From Octopus vulgaris (lineage: Eukaryota): a stretch of DNA of 64,000 nucleotides. Location: NCBI GenBank assembly GCA_951406725.2, contig OX597818.1, positions 20,398,001-20,462,000 on the forward strand, given 5' to 3'. Of the stretch, positions 1 to 14,102 are shown piece after piece. Numbering within the stretch: the stretch's first letter is position 1; each line of letters starts with the position of its first letter. The notes under the pieces were generated by a model. It was not told where the DNA came from and ran no database searches. It saw nothing but the letters and a program-made list of their open reading frames with translations. The position numbers were made by a program, and so were the translations under genes.

Positions 1-109
1 TTAAAAATGCCTCCAAAATGACCTAGACTTATGGATGTAAAGAAATGGCTGACGAACGAGAACGTAGAGGTATCCGTATTGCAGAAGTAAGGTACATTGC
101 AGAAGGTAA

Positions 110-340
110 GGCGGTAAGCTGGCAGAAATGTTAGCAGGCCGGGCGAAATGCTTAGCGGTATTTCGTCTGCCGTTACGTTCTGAGTTCAAATTCCGCCGAG
201 GTCGACTTTACCTTTCATCCTTTCGAGGTCGATAAATTAAGTACGAGTTACGCACTGGGGTCGAAATAATCGACTTAATCCGTTTGTCTGTCATTGTTTG
301 TCTCCTCTATGTTTAGCCCCTTGTGGGCAATAAAGAAATA
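110..340 (+). mobile_element. tRNA-derived SINE, family A (Meta/MESC-domain type)
   Basis: A-box-like TGGCAGAAATG, B-box GAGTTCAAATTCC, central CTTTCATCCTTTCGAGGTCGATAAAT and tail GCCCCTTGTGGGCAATAAAGAAATA. More than 15 related copies occur in the window. Confidence 0.85.
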
Positions 341-420
341 AGAAAGTAAGGTACATGGAAAGAAAGCTGCTTCATTGTGATAAGCACTAATCTCTGTAAT
401 GTTTGGGTAGACTGCACACT

Positions 421-1210
421 TCAACATATGTCAAGCGAAGCCGACAATGCTTCTGGGTAAACTATGTTGTGCGTAAGTCCAGTTTTGGTAGAATAAATAT
501 ACAAGTTATCTGCACTGTTAACTCGAGAGCATGCAATATATAATTGTCCATGAGAAACGCAGGGTAGTTGTAAATTGAGACCCACAATTTTTAAAGTTTG
601 ACCCTGGGATTTGTTGATTGCCATAGGGAAACACAATCGCACTGGGAACTGGAGGCGCTTGAATTGAAATGACACATTTGAGGGAATAAGGGGCATACAT
701 GGAATGTATGCAATCTCTCCTCGATGGCAGCCGGCAATAATGGTTGCTTGTAGGACATGACTTATCATTGTAGTTATAATCAATCTTGTACCATCGCATC
801 GTTGTGGTGGGTCCAAATTCCTCAAGAGCATGATAGGTACATCTTTCTTTAGGAACAACTTATGCGGTGGCTGTCCTGTGGGTTGTAGAGAGTTGGGAAA
901 TTCAACTGAATACTCAACAGCGGCATGTTCGTCGATGGTAGTATCAATGGAAACAAACGTTGAAGCATCTCCAGGTAGAACGTGGAGGAGTTCATGGTTT
1001 ACTTTATTAACACTTTCATTCCGATGTGCTAAAACTGTTCTCTCTGCGAACCATGCTATGTTTTTGAAGTTGTCTTGCAATGTGGGAAATACCTTTTCTT
1101 TAAGCTCGGCCAATGTAGACACTATGTGCCCACATTGCAGTACATGCTGCAGCAGGGTGTTATTCAACGGTAAGGCGCCACTTCCTATTTGTAGAAGTTG
1201 ATGAGAGAAT
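421..1210 (-). pseudogene. Helitron RepHel PIF1-like helicase, C-terminal remnant
   Basis: The ORF contains PPHKLFLK..PIMLLRNLDP, FKRLQFPVRLCF.MAINKSQGQTL and SHGQLYIACSRV, typical of Helitron/PIF1 helicases. The N-terminal Rep domain and Walker A are absent. Confidence 0.85.
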
Positions 1211-1411
1211 TCCTCAGCTAAGGGGTCGATCTTATCAAGTTGTCAGCATGGAAAAAATAACCTTCAATGGTAGTAATTATTAAAATTGTAAATTAGGGTA
1301 TCTACGAGATACTAGCAGCCACGATCTGACTCTAAAACCGCTTTAATTGTCCATATCGACACGGAGAGAAAACAAAGAGACAAGATGAAACTAGTAAAAA
1401 ATTACTGGATA

Positions 1412-1470
1412 ATTCTAGATCCCGGATTTCTGGCTATGCATTTGGGAATGCTTTGCCTCGTCAGTAGCAT
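1412..1470 (-). ncRNA. Type I hammerhead ribozyme motif
   Basis: Minus strand reads AUGCUA-CUGACGA-GGC(..GCAUU..AAUGC..)GCC-A-GAA-AUCCGGGAU-C|UAGAAU. Stem I has 5 of 6 pairs, stem III is near-palindromic, and the triplet is AUC. Confidence 0.7.
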
Positions 1471-3179
1471 ACACATAGAAGAGAAACATAAATACATATA
1501 TAATTTTATATATATATATATTGTGCCAGCTTGCCGCCTTACAGTAATAATAATAATAATACATATTCATATATTTGTAAAAGATCAATTTGAAATAGAA
1601 CAAATGAACAACCGATCTATTGGCGTGATCGAACAAACAATCATCTTGTATCTAAATGGCAGCAAATTTGCAATGAGAGATACAACGCAATAATGATAAA
1701 ATGTATTGTGAATTACGGCAAAAGCAAGACTTGAACTCAGAACTTGAAGGTAAGAGACTAAGTCTTGTTAGCTACTAAATCCTGTGAACTAATGTTTTTC
1801 TTTTTCTTATTTAGCTTTTCTTTTTTTCTGTGTGTGTTATGGTTTTACCATTCCTAAACGTCTAAAAGAAAATTTATGTCTTAAATAATAATTTATTTCT
1901 TTGAACTAGGCTATCACAAGATCAATTCCCATAGCGGAGGGATATAGGCGATAGAAGTTAATGGAATGAAGGTTTTTTTAATAGCGTTGAACTCATCACA
2001 TATTTTCCCACCGGTCCCTTAAAATAGATGTTAGGGACGAAATTTGAAGGATTTCATAATCCATTAGCTGCTCCTTGGGGTTTGATGTTACTAACACATT
2101 TCTTAAACATTAACAGTTTCCACTTGCTAAAGTTATTTCATTAAAAGTATTTTGTGATTATATTATATAAAACGATCCAAATGACTAGTTATTCGGTAGT
2201 ATTAAGTAATATTTTTAACACACAACTATTAACTTGCGAAAAGCTTAACACTTTCATACACATACAAACGAAAAAAATAAATAAAAGAAACACACAAAAT
2301 ATATCTGGTAATTATTTTCTCGACCCATGAGGGATGAAAAAAAGAGTTAATCCCACCGAATTTTAACCCAGAATATACAAATACGAAAATAAACATCTCA
2401 TTTTGTTTTGACTGCACGCAACATTTTCAGTCATATTTCCATCATTGTACACAACACAGAGAAACCACAGAAACCACAGCATAAATCACAAAGTACATAA
2501 AATAGCGCACTTCACATAGTCACAGGTTGCATCTAGACCACATACAGACCCCTTACAGAATGAAATAAAAATGCAAATTAAATAAAATGTTGTGTGGTCA
2601 CGCTAAGAGTTTAGTTTCTTCCTGTTGAGAAATCCATCCCTCACGGTTTCTGTCAGTGCATGCGCAATCATCTAAAAACAAACATCACTCAAGAAGACTA
2701 TGAATCAAGAAAGGAAACTCCTTGCCAGTGGTCCTCGGTACGTCACATATTTTAAAGATATAATTTAAGGTTTTAGAAATAGCAGTACCCTTTCAGCCTT
2801 TCAACAAATTTACAGATGTAAATTTCTATCGTCAGCTTCTCCTCTCAGTAGAAGTTGTAAAAGTCAATCCTCAATACTTCCAGTTACTATCACGCATCTT
2901 CTTTCGGCATGGCCTCCGGGTAGAGGAAAACCACTTGACCTTTCCGGTCAAATGAAAGTTGTGGAGTGAGATTCACGATAGACTCGACTTTAAGCCAGAC
3001 TCGACCAACACGTGACAACAATTGTTCGACAAAACACAATAAATCAACAAAACTCGGACACTGAACGAATGCGTGCATGGACATTTTGTTGTTCTGTATG
3101 CATCTCAGTTAACTGATGGTACTTTTGTGCCGGCAGAGTTTATCTCGAACTGGCAATGTTTCATGCTAAACCAAAGATT

Positions 3180-4090
3180 TCTGGAAGTTATTCATCGGCC
3201 CCAGAATAAGCCAACCAGCTAATTCTTGTCAGCACTCAGAGTTTCCTCGGAACACTATCATTTTTTCTCTCCACGAATCATCTATAGAATACTAAAGTGA
3301 AAGTTCTATTCGCTACATTGTCCAATTGACAAAGGACTGTGAGTTCCTGATAGCATTCAATGTGACGGGTGCCCAACATTGGTCTATTTGATCTAGAACT
3401 GTAACTCAGTCAAAGAGACTAGTTGTGGTAAACGTGCCAATCAGAGGGACCTGCTAATCTTTCAGGAATATCTGTAGATGTCGGGTCTTCAGGATATGAT
3501 GCTACGGTATACCGTACTTTCCGCACAGAGGCTGATAGCAGCATATGGACCTCCTAATCAGTAGAACGCATTCTTTTTACAAGAGGCTAAAGAGCAGCTT
3601 CAGTCTGGTAAGATGAAAACTAAGGTATATTTTGGATGAGAGTATGGGCCATTCTGTTCGTTGCCACGTCCCATCTCATATGAGCCTAAGTCAAACCCCG
3701 AGCAACTTGACCGACCTGAACTGCCAGCTGGCTGGTGGCATGGATTTGTCCCTCCAGATGTTCACTTATATGTCGGGATTAATTTTTGCTCCTGTCACCA
3801 CCCTATATTTATCTAGAATGGTGCTGATCACTCTTACCTCTGTGATGTCAGACACCATTGCAGTGACGTCATCCGCATTTGCTGCCACTACTTTCTCGCG
3901 CCCAAATTCAAAAGCGACACTTCTCAGCACCTACAGATTCTGCAGTAGGTAACTCAAGAATCAGTACATACATTATATATGAGAACACCCATGACAGTTC
4001 AAGTGCGTTACTCCAAAACAGTCTCAATAGATGCCTGTTTGTCTGATCACCACTTAAATGCCGTGATACATTAGCTGATATCAGTCTTCA
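3180..4090 (-). mobile_element. L1/Tx1-like LINE reverse transcriptase remnant
   Basis: Minus-strand translation gives VVAANADDVTAMVSD (YADD-like) and VKLLGV, interrupted by stops. Boundaries are approximate. Confidence 0.6.
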
Positions 4091-4708
4091 TTGTTTTACG
4101 ATACGTAGACGAAAACTCATCGTCTTATATTGCCGCGGTCTCAAACGATACAAAAAAAATCTATCGGTAAACGACGCCAAGAAAGTAAAATTGAGTCTAA
4201 AAGAATGTGGTACCCTGAAATGAAAATATCAATTGCCATTGAATTTTTCGGTAGTCTAATGACAAAAGGGATTCAACAGATGTTCCAAATAGCTTCTAGG
4301 AAAAAAAGTAAGAAAAACTATGAGTCAAACAGTTTCAGGAAATTGCACTCTTAGGATTAGCTAACATTCCGAAGTAGTTCTTTATGGAAAGTAACGCTCA
4401 ATTCTCTCGATGAAATACAACCGGTATATAATAAAGAACTTGAAAACAGCAACAGTGGTAACAATTTCTAATAATCTCTGATTTCTATAATCAACGGGAG
4501 CATGAGAGGCAAAATTGACCCCGGCAGTATTTGAAATGTAGTAATTATATACTACATTTCTTCTTTTTTTTTTTTTATTACTCTAGCGATTCTGCCAAGC
4601 ACCACACTTATATATAACAAAGTTTTCTAATATAGATACAAGATCACGTATTCCATTAAAATTGGTCCCAGTACATGACTGGTATTTCATAGACTCGGAA
4701 GGAATGCA

Positions 4709-4780
<72 letters not shown>

Positions 4781-5739
4781 CGTGTGTATTTTTAAGGGCT
4801 AAGCCAGAGGAGGAAAGCCAGCGTTCTTGACCTTTTTCAAGGCATCGCTGATAGCTTGCAGGAAATCCTCTTGTAGACCAGAGTCCTGACCGGAATATCC
4901 GCAACCGAATAAATTATGTTAAAGCCTGACAAACCTTAGGTAGTGGTTTTCAGTTAGATGACTTATTAAGATTACAACCTACGAACAAGAATGGCCCTTC
5001 TACTGGGCTCCCTCACCATTTCTGTTTTCAGAATGACACTCACAGGTTTCGGTTGACCCAGGAGAGGCGAGTATATTGATGTTTTAATATTTACAGCAAA
5101 GACGGTCAATTAGTAGAGTCGTTACAGTGTTGGCTAGAATTCTTTGTGGTATTTGTTCAGACTCTTCGAGTCCCGAGTTCAAGCTCTACCAAGGTCAATG
5201 TTGCCTTTCATCCTTTCAGAGAGTAAAAAAAAAAACTACCAACCCACAGGGTGAGGATCGGTGTAACTATTAGGGAGACGGGCGAAATGCCTTGCAATAT
5301 CTGTACTTGCTCTTTACGTTCTGACAGCAACATCTGTGACAATACAAAATCTAAAATGTTTGAGCCCAAGACGGTGGCTTAATTTTATATAAATATCGGT
5401 GGCGTGCAGCAAGTGACTTCCAGATTTCTTCAAAAGAATATAGCCCAGTTCATAGTTACCTCTCTTCGGTATCGGGTGGTGAATACGACAAGAGCCAGTG
5501 AATGCTTATCCAGCGGTCAACATAAGGCGATTTAAACTGAAGATGGCATATTTTACATTAAGTGAGAATTTCTTCTTCACAGTAAACTGTACTGAAATTG
5601 CTTCTAGAAGTTCATTTATGTCCTAAACGTATACGAACAACCTAAAGTTTGCTTTTGTTTATATGTGTATGTATACACATATAAACGTTGTAAAGGTGCA
5701 TGTATATATGTATATATCTATATGTATGTGTTTGTCCAT

Positions 5740-6110
5740 CTTTACGTTCTGAGTTCAAATTCTACCGCGGTCGACTTTACTTTTCATCCTTTCGACGTCG
5801 ATAAATTGAGAACTCGTGGAGTACTGGGGTCGTTGTAAATCCCTGCTCCAAAATTTCAGGCCTTGTGCTTTTAGAAGAAAAGATGATGAAGCTGACGAGC
5901 TGCTAGAATTGTTAGCGTGTCGACCAAAATGCGTAGCAGCATTTTCTTCCAGTTCTTCACATTCCGAGTTCAAATTCCGCTGAGGTCGACTTTACCTTTC
6001 ATCCTTTCGGGGTCGATAAAACAAGTACTAAAATAAATTGTGTACTAAGGTCTATGTAATCGACTTAACCCGTTCTCCAGAATTTCGGTCTGTATGCCTA
6101 TAGTAGAATG
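5740..6110 (+). mobile_element. Two degraded family A SINE copies
   Basis: GAGTTCAAATT..GTCGACTTTAC.TTTCATCCTTTCG occurs twice. Confidence 0.7.
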
Positions 6111-6114
6111 GATT

Positions 6115-6525
6115 ATCATTGTGATGACGGTGATAGTGGTGGTGGTGGTTGAGATGGTCCTGGTGGCGGTGATGATGGACGTGAGGTGATACAATGGTGG
6201 GTTTTGGTGAGGTGCTGTAGGAGGAACAAAGAGGATGGTAGTAGGTAGGAAAATGATGCATTGAACCAGGAGAAAGGGGAGAGGGAACAGCCAAGGGTGG
6301 GACGTTGGTCTGTTTGTGGAGCTGGCTTTGCACGCAAAGTGGGGTACAGTGAACGATGACTGGGCGATGGCGTGTATGTAAATGATGATGATGATGATGA
6401 TGGTAGTGGTGGTTGTGACGATGATGATGATGATGATGTTGACGATCGTGTTGATGATAATGATAGTGATGATGATGATGATGATGACGACGACGATGAT
6501 GCTGATGCTGATGCTGTTGATGAAG
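6115..6525. repeat. Degenerate (GAT/GGT)n trinucleotide region
   Basis: Visible directly; it explains the His-rich ORF. Confidence 0.75.
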
Positions 6526-6604
6526 TATAAGAAGCTGAATCACATTAATAGATAACAGGAAAAGCAGTAGATATAGCGGTGGAAAATATGTACACATATC
6601 TATG

Positions 6605-6609
<5 letters not shown>

Positions 6610-6670
<61 letters not shown>

Positions 6671-7053
6671 CGATAGAAACAGATAGAAACAGAGAGAGAG
6701 CAGATGTATTTCGCAAGTCACACGCACATACACGCATGCATGCGTCCGTGTACAGATATGTGTGTGTGTGAGTGAGTGTGTGTATAAAGTTTGTTATTTT
6801 GTTGTTTGTATGCGTGTGTGTGTGTGTGTGTGTGTGTGTTTGTCTTATGTGATTGTTTGTGTGTGTGTGTTTTGTATGGTGTTTCTGTGTGTACATAAGT
6901 GTTTTTTTAATTATAGATTAATAGATATGATTGCACGCACAGTCACACACGCACTCACATACGCACAAACGCGCAAACACACACAACATATGTATGTATA
7001 TATATATTATATATATATATATATACTTATATACATATATATATATTTACATA

Positions 7054-7091
<38 letters not shown>

Positions 7092-7163
7092 TGTATATGT
7101 ATATATATACACACACACACACACACACATATTATATATATATGTATATGTATATATATGCAT

Positions 7164-7197
<34 letters not shown>

Positions 7198-7666
7198 TAA
7201 TATATATATATATAAAGTGCGTGAGTATATGTGTACACGCTGAGAGGAAAGCACGACAGTGGAGGGAAGAAAGGCAAGCATGAGAAGAGAGAGAGAGAGA
7301 GAGAGAGATTGAAGGGGAGTGGAGAAAGAAGAAGAATGAGATAATTTTTTTTCATAAGTATAAATAAATCTTCAAAGGCCTATATTGGTAGCTTTTCCTT
7401 TGATGTTTGGAAATTCCTCCTTTCTTCTTACCTCCCTCCCTCCCTCCCCTGCCACTACGATTTCTTTCCTTCCTTCCTTCCTTCTTTCTTTCTTTCTTCC
7501 TTTTCTTTCTTTCTGCTATGATTAAGATTCTGGAAGTCTTCTGGAGTTCGTCTCAATTTTCTGCAGTTTATTATATTGCGATTGCCATCTAATAATTCTT
7601 GGAAATATATTTTTTTTTCTTCTACACTTCTCTTTCTTTCCGTCTATCTCTGTCATTCTTCCTCTT

Positions 7667-7715
<49 letters not shown>

Positions 7716-8050
7716 GTCATCGTCATCGTCGTCGTCGTCGTCGTCGAATTCAGCGTAGTCGTCGTCGTTATCATAATCATAATGAGTATCATCGTTACAC
7801 ATTATTATTATAATATATATATATTTTTTAAATTTTCATAATTATTATTATTAAATAGACATTGCAGATTCTAATTAGAAAATACTTCTAAAGGAAATAG
7901 CGGAATTTTTATTTATTTCTCAATTATTTAATGCCGACTTCAACAGGAGATTTAATAAACATAGTTATTACTGCGTTAAAAGTATATGTATGAATGTATA
8001 CAATTGTATATGTATACATACATACATACATACATACATACATACATACA

Positions 8051-8097
<47 letters not shown>

Positions 8098-8099
8098 GT

Positions 8100-8134
<35 letters not shown>

Positions 8135-8162
8135 ACATATATATACATATATATACACATAC

Positions 8163-8213
<51 letters not shown>

Positions 8214-8240
8214 CATACAACATACATCATACATACAAAT
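6610..8240. repeat. Compound microsatellite zone: (TG)n, (TA)n, (GA)n, (ATC)n, (TACA)n
   Basis: Visible directly. Confidence 0.9.
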
Positions 8241-8559
8241 AAGTCAGTTTAGCGAACTACATCCATACGTATGTATTTGTATGTATATGTGAATACATCT
8301 AAATATAATGCTTATGTGTGTGTGCATGTTTATGCGCGTGTGCACACACACACACAATACGCACGCACACAACAGATGTATAGAGTTTCAGCCCGTCCGC
8401 CTAGTATTCTGAGTAATGTTTCTGGGGTAACAGTTAGGCCAGGTGACTCCATCATAGAGGTGAAACCTTTGTCGTAGTGAGATGGTATCCCATGTGATCC
8501 ACTGGGTCTTGTCACGGGTTCCAAAGTCACCCTACCCATATTGGATAGTGAGACTTTCA

Positions 8560-9130
8560 GTAAATGCCCATCACTAGAACTATTAAAATTATCCGTATCT
8601 CTATAACCCTTCAGGACCAGTCTAACTTTAGTATCTAGGATAATCTTAATTCTATCGTATCAGCTTCGCTTAAGAATCTCATTATAGTATTCAGTATTAT
8701 TGTAAAACATCTGTTCTTTGGCGGAGAGGATGGAAACCCTAATCGAGATATTCAAAATTAATCCACCGACAACATATTTGGGATGGTGTGATTGTCTATG
8801 GGTGTAACGGAGGCTCTTGTTACGTTTGCCATACGAAAAATATAATCCTCAATCTAGATACAATGTAATGTCTAAAAAGTTAACCTTCTTACAGTACTAC
8901 TACACTTTTCAAGAAATATAGAGATGAAAGTTCCGCAAAAAAAGGTGGAATTGATTCAAAAACCTCTCCAAGTAATATACTCCCCTTTTGGGTCCGAAGT
9001 ATCAACGACATATTAATTGAATGAGCATAGATCTAGTTGAATTTTCCACTGCCACGTGTATGCTGAGGACAATTTTCATGTAGCATCTGCATGATACTGT
9101 GTTCCATGCCTTGAAAGAGAAGCCTGAGGT
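8560..9130 (-). mobile_element. Penelope-like element RT/thumb remnant
   Basis: Minus-strand translation contains KVNFLDITL and YTHRQSHHPKYV, matching the PLE FLD and Y.H..S.HP motifs. The remnant abuts a (TA)n array. Confidence 0.65.
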
Positions 9131-9131
9131 A

Positions 9132-9181
<50 letters not shown>

Positions 9182-9184
<3 letters not shown>

Positions 9185-9403
9185 AACAAGATAAAAATGA
9201 TGGTCATTACATATTCTTTTATTGGAGCAAATTTGGCTCACAGCTATTTCCAGTAATCATTACAGGTATATTGTTGATAGGTTTACTCAATTGATCGCTT
9301 CCTATTAGTAATGTACCTATAATGACTACTGGAAACAGCTGTAAGCCAAATTTGCTCCAATAAAGGAATAATATGTAATGACAATTATATTAAACTTGTT
9401 TCT
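9182..9403. repeat. Imperfect inverted repeat (~100-bp arms) carrying a hammerhead 3' half
   Basis: Arms ~9182-9281 and 9301-9403 are reverse complements. The right arm contains GAA-ACAGCTGT-A at 9332-9343. Confidence 0.8.
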
Positions 9404-12083
9404 TATATATCACTCTGTATAGAAACCAGTTTGTCCGGAGACCATCCATTGATTAACAATATAGAATTGTGATGAACCATAACCTTGGATCCTACCAAAA
9501 GATTACCTGGTGTTTTTCGCTAATCTAAGTAATATTGTTTGCCTGGTGGGCCAACAGAGAGATTATGATGTATTTTGCCCGGATTGATAATCCCTCATTA
9601 TTTGTTCTATGTGTGAGTGTGTGTATGTGTGTCTCCTTGTGTTTCCGTCTGTCACCCCACTGCTTAACAACCGGTGCTGGTTTGTTTACATCCTCCCTCC
9701 TCCGTAATATAGCAGTTCGGCAAAAAGTCCGGTAGAATAAGCACATGGCAAAAATTATTAATGGAATCGATTTGTAAGATTAAACCCTTCAAAACAGTGC
9801 CCCAGTATGGCCGCACTCCAGTGACTGCAACAAATTAAAAAAATAACTACATACATTCGTACTTACATCCATACGTGGTTATGTACATACATGCAATTAT
9901 GCCTACATACATAATACATACATACATACATATACACACACATACATGCATATACATACGTATACTTACATACACACATACATGCATATATATATATATA
10001 CACACATATACATACACTTACATATACACACGAACATACATACATACATACATATATACATACACACATACATACATATATACATACGTACAAACATACA
10101 TACACACATACATGCATGCATGCATACTAACAGATACACGTGTACATACAAACATACATTGGCACATACGAATAGACATCTCTCTCTGAGGACGGACACA
10201 CACACCCACACAAACATACTTAGCCATTAAAGGAAAACACGATCACACTCACGTGACGAATTGTAAATTATCTGTAATTCAAAACGATAAGCGAACGATC
10301 AAATGAACATCAGAGAAAAATTTTGATTTGATTCTTTTCATCAGACTTGTAAAATTTTTTGATGAAATATTCAAACGGACGTTTAGCTTTGTATTGGAAG
10401 AAAATAACTATTTGTAACCGAATTGAAGCCTGACTGCACAAACAAACGAGTAAAATAGAGATACAAAGCCTCAATCTATTTGATCATTGTAACGCTACTG
10501 AAAACTAGGTTGTTGTTGCTGCTGTTGATGTTGTTGTTGTTGTCGTCTAGCCCTAGGATGACCCTGATTGAGCAAACCTGTGGTGAAAATTATTCTACCC
10601 GTGATTCTCCCCTCGTTTTTTTCCCGTTATTTTTTTTTTGAGAACCGTTTTAAAAACAGTTATAATTTGTTGAACATTTGGCTGCTATTTCTGACAAATT
10701 GAGCGACCACATAGAGATGCTCCTCGTTAAGCTGTCCAGGGGGCTAAGAAAGCTATAAGGAAATATTAACATTAAAGACTATTATTTTTGTTGATCACTT
10801 CTGACTGTTTCAGAGTTAATCTATATATCATTAAAATTATTTAGAGCTAGAAGCAGAAAAGCAGAAATTACACATATATACTTCATAATTTAATTGTGCT
10901 CAACAGCTGTTTCATTGGCATAGGACATCATTATATATAATTACATAATAATGATACATAATAGATTTTATTAATTTCAAAGTAATGTGGCATCCAAATC
11001 GCCACGAGGAAAGAGAAATGAAAAAAATTATCAATAAAATGAAAATTAGGCTTGTAATGTCAGACATTTAAGTGGTAAGGGAGGAAATGGGGCTAACTAG
11101 ACGCCTGTAGCATCATAAGGGTTTCAGTCAGCAGTAAATTTAAGGTCCTCTAGTCATTCCCACTCCCTTCTCTCATCACCTATTTTCAATGAAATTATAG
11201 CCTTGATATATTTTATTGATATATTTTTATCATTTCGATTTTGGATTTAGTTTGCAAGATTCTTTATATGAGTTCGTGTGTTGAAGCATATTCTGTTGTG
11301 TCTGGGGAGAGTCATTTTCTTTTTGTGCCTTATAATGTAACACACACACCGGTAAAATTTCCACTTATTTCTTATTTTTATTTATATTTTATTTTTATTG
11401 TTAGATTAGTACTAAATTTCTCACCAAGGTGATCTCTAATATACATTATTCCATCAAAATGATGTCATTTATTCGACCTACCCATGGCAAAAAATAAGCA
11501 CTTCTAAAATGTCTACATGTACGTATTTTCCTTGTCTGGGGATCTAGGTTTTATCATTCTAACAAGATTTTTTGCAATTTGCAGATGCAAGAACTACCAG
11601 TTCAAAGCTCCACATACCGAATGCTAGCAAGATTATGGGGTCATCAGGAGAGAACGCTCGCCATTTCGAGGCCTGCTGCTCAATAGCATCATTGCGAACC
11701 GGCACCTCCTCCTTCACTGAAATGAGGTGGCGCTTGCTAGATCAACTGGTTATCAGGTTTCGCTCAATATTCTTAAAGCCATTGCTCATCGTCTCTTTTA
11801 AACCAAATCCAATGGTTTGCTTTTTCCATTGTAGATAAGAAAAAAGGCAAGCTACTGGATTTGTATGTATTTCTCGCAACCATATTAGAGTTCGAGAGGT
11901 ATCTGAGGACATATTTAAACATTTAACAAAATAACTCTAATCAAGTAAACAACAAATGTATTTTAATAAAAAAAATTGTGCACATCTCGATATGTTTTTT
12001 TTTTATGAGATTATTCAATGAATCTGCCTTAAGTTTCGATGACTGCTTCGAAGCGAGATTGGAATCGTTGATATGTCTACACT

Positions 12084-12249
12084 CATGGCCGGCTCAAGGT
12101 ACCGGCAACTCGGGCAGTCACCCGGGGCGCCATGTACATTTTAGTCTACATTTTCAGTTTTTCTCCTTGTGAAATTAAAAGAAATTATACTTGTAATGGC
12201 ACCGAAATTCAGCTTGCCCGGAGCGCCAGCAAACCTATGGCCGGCCCAG
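12084..12249. mobile_element. hAT-type MITE
   Basis: Ends CATGGCCGGC...GCCGGCCCAG, flanked by an exact 8-bp target-site duplication (TSD) TCTACACT at 12076-12083 and 12250-12257. Confidence 0.8.
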
Positions 12250-12543
12250 TCTACACTAGGTGGTTCTTATTCCTTTCAGACATGACCTAGACACTGGTGG
12301 CCTTCAATGAAGCAATAGCATTGTGAGGGTGTCGATTAGTCTCCCTTTTAGCAACTCTTTAAACGAAGGATTTAAATCTGGCAAGTTTGGAGGTCACAAG
12401 TTTGCTGTTACATGATAGTAAAAACTGTCTGGCATCTGTTTTAGGGTTACGTAGACTTTGTGAGATGCTGTGTCTTGTTCAACCATGTATGCCTTCCAAT
12501 GCCTGCTTCATCCATTTAGGTCAACCCCAATTGAATGACTCCA

Positions 12544-12765
12544 GGTAAAAAAAAAGTCACAGGTAAAAAATTCGCAAGAAAAAAGTCACGGAAAAAAAGT
12601 TACAGGTAAAAAGTAACAGGGGTTTTGTCCGGGTGGGGTGGGGTTGTCCGAGAGGTTTTTATCCTAGTAGGGTGGGGTCCGGATCCCATAAATTAATTGT
12701 GACTTTTTTCCTAGCCAAAATTGTGACTTTATTACGGTGATTTTTTCCCCTGTAACTTTTTTACT
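12544..12765. mobile_element. Foldback/MITE-like element with arrays of subterminal AAAAAGTCAC repeats
   Basis: About five AAAAAGT(C/T/A)AC units on the left and about four inverted GT(G/A)ACTTTT-like units on the right, around a G-rich core. Confidence 0.55.
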
Positions 12766-13890
12766 AATCACAATTGAACAGACCTATCATCGAAGGCATT
12801 TTAACTGTTTATAGCCTGTCTTTTTAGGAATAGATTATGTGTGTCTTTTCTTATTTATTAAAGATAGGTAAAGAGACCAATTAGTAAGTGTTACATTGGT
12901 TCGCGTGGGTTGGTTTTCCACTCTGGTAACCAACCTGTCACTAATTTCCCTTTTCCGTTTGGGCAGCGAAGCTATTCACAATATGATATTCAAGAGGGTT
13001 TGTAGGTTTCAGTAAATTTAGTTGCTGCAAAGATTGAAACAGTGTGACGTTTCAGGTACAAATACCCCCGAAGTACTCTTGTCCGCAAACGTTAGATTAT
13101 TTTTATACCTCACCAAACTCTCCTCCAAAATGTCATAAGTACCGTTGCTAACATCCAGCCTTACCACATGCTTCACATTGAGGATTTTACAGTGGTCATA
13201 ATATGTGCAGGCATTTAGAAGCGTACATGAAAGGGAGCGTCATGTAGTCGAAATTTCCAAGTACTTCACTGAGCTTCTACGGATTTTTGCAGAAGTGAAA
13301 TTTCAACGCATTCTCGTCTGCTTTCCTTTGATTGAATGTGTGTGCGCGTGCGAATTTTGACGCATTATTTGAGCTTCCATGCATTCTTATAGATTTTTCT
13401 AAATATCTGTTAATAGATACAAATTTCTGTGAATTTCGTAGACTTCCTTCCATTTCTGTGAGCTCCTTTTGGTTTCCGAAGATTTCTGTGCGCTTCAGTT
13501 GTTTTTTTTACTTTGTCTGTTCCAATCATTTTGTATCTGGCATTCGTGTTAACTTGCCCAATCAAGTTAATAATATCTGTGTTTTTATTATAATTCATGC
13601 ATGCGTTTTAACCTACTTTAGAAGTACAGTTAACCGTAATTGTTGGTGTATTTTGGTGTATTCGTGTGTCATTTTTTAACATTCTATTTCTTCCTTAATT
13701 TCTATGTAAATGTTTACAGGAAGTTACTTAGACGAACGTCTGCGTGGTTGTTGTTGTTTGCGCCATATTTGCTATTATTAGACATACCTATTATTAAAAA
13801 TGTCCAAGTGATAGCTGTCTCGTCATTTATTCAGACACAGTACATCTAAAAATATTTTATCTACGATCTACTTCCTTAACAGGAAAGTAT

Positions 13891-14041
13891 AGGCGCTGGA
13901 GTGGCTGTGTGGTAAGTAGCTTGCTTACCAATCACGTGGTTCTGGGTGGCACCTTGGGCAAGTGTCTTCTACTATAGCCTCGGGCCGACCAAAGCGTTGT
14001 GAGTGGATTTGGTAGACGGAAACTGAAAGAAGCTTGTCGTA

Positions 14042-14102
<61 letters not shown>

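Noticed and set aside
1-189. Recurrent NSERNGRRNTAKHFARR peptide ORFs
   Set aside because: Antisense reading of family A SINEs.
110-200. tRNA gene
   Set aside because: The A and B boxes belong to SINE heads, and no cloverleaf is evident.
421-1167. Host PIF1 helicase gene
   Set aside because: It is intronless, truncated and has degenerate motifs, so a Helitron relic explains it better.
2800-2840. CUGACGA-UA-GAAA on the minus strand
   Set aside because: No stem II and no stem I complementarity; likely chance.
6052-8292. His-rich and YI/HT/CV-repeat ORFs, also found throughout the window
   Set aside because: Microsatellite translations.
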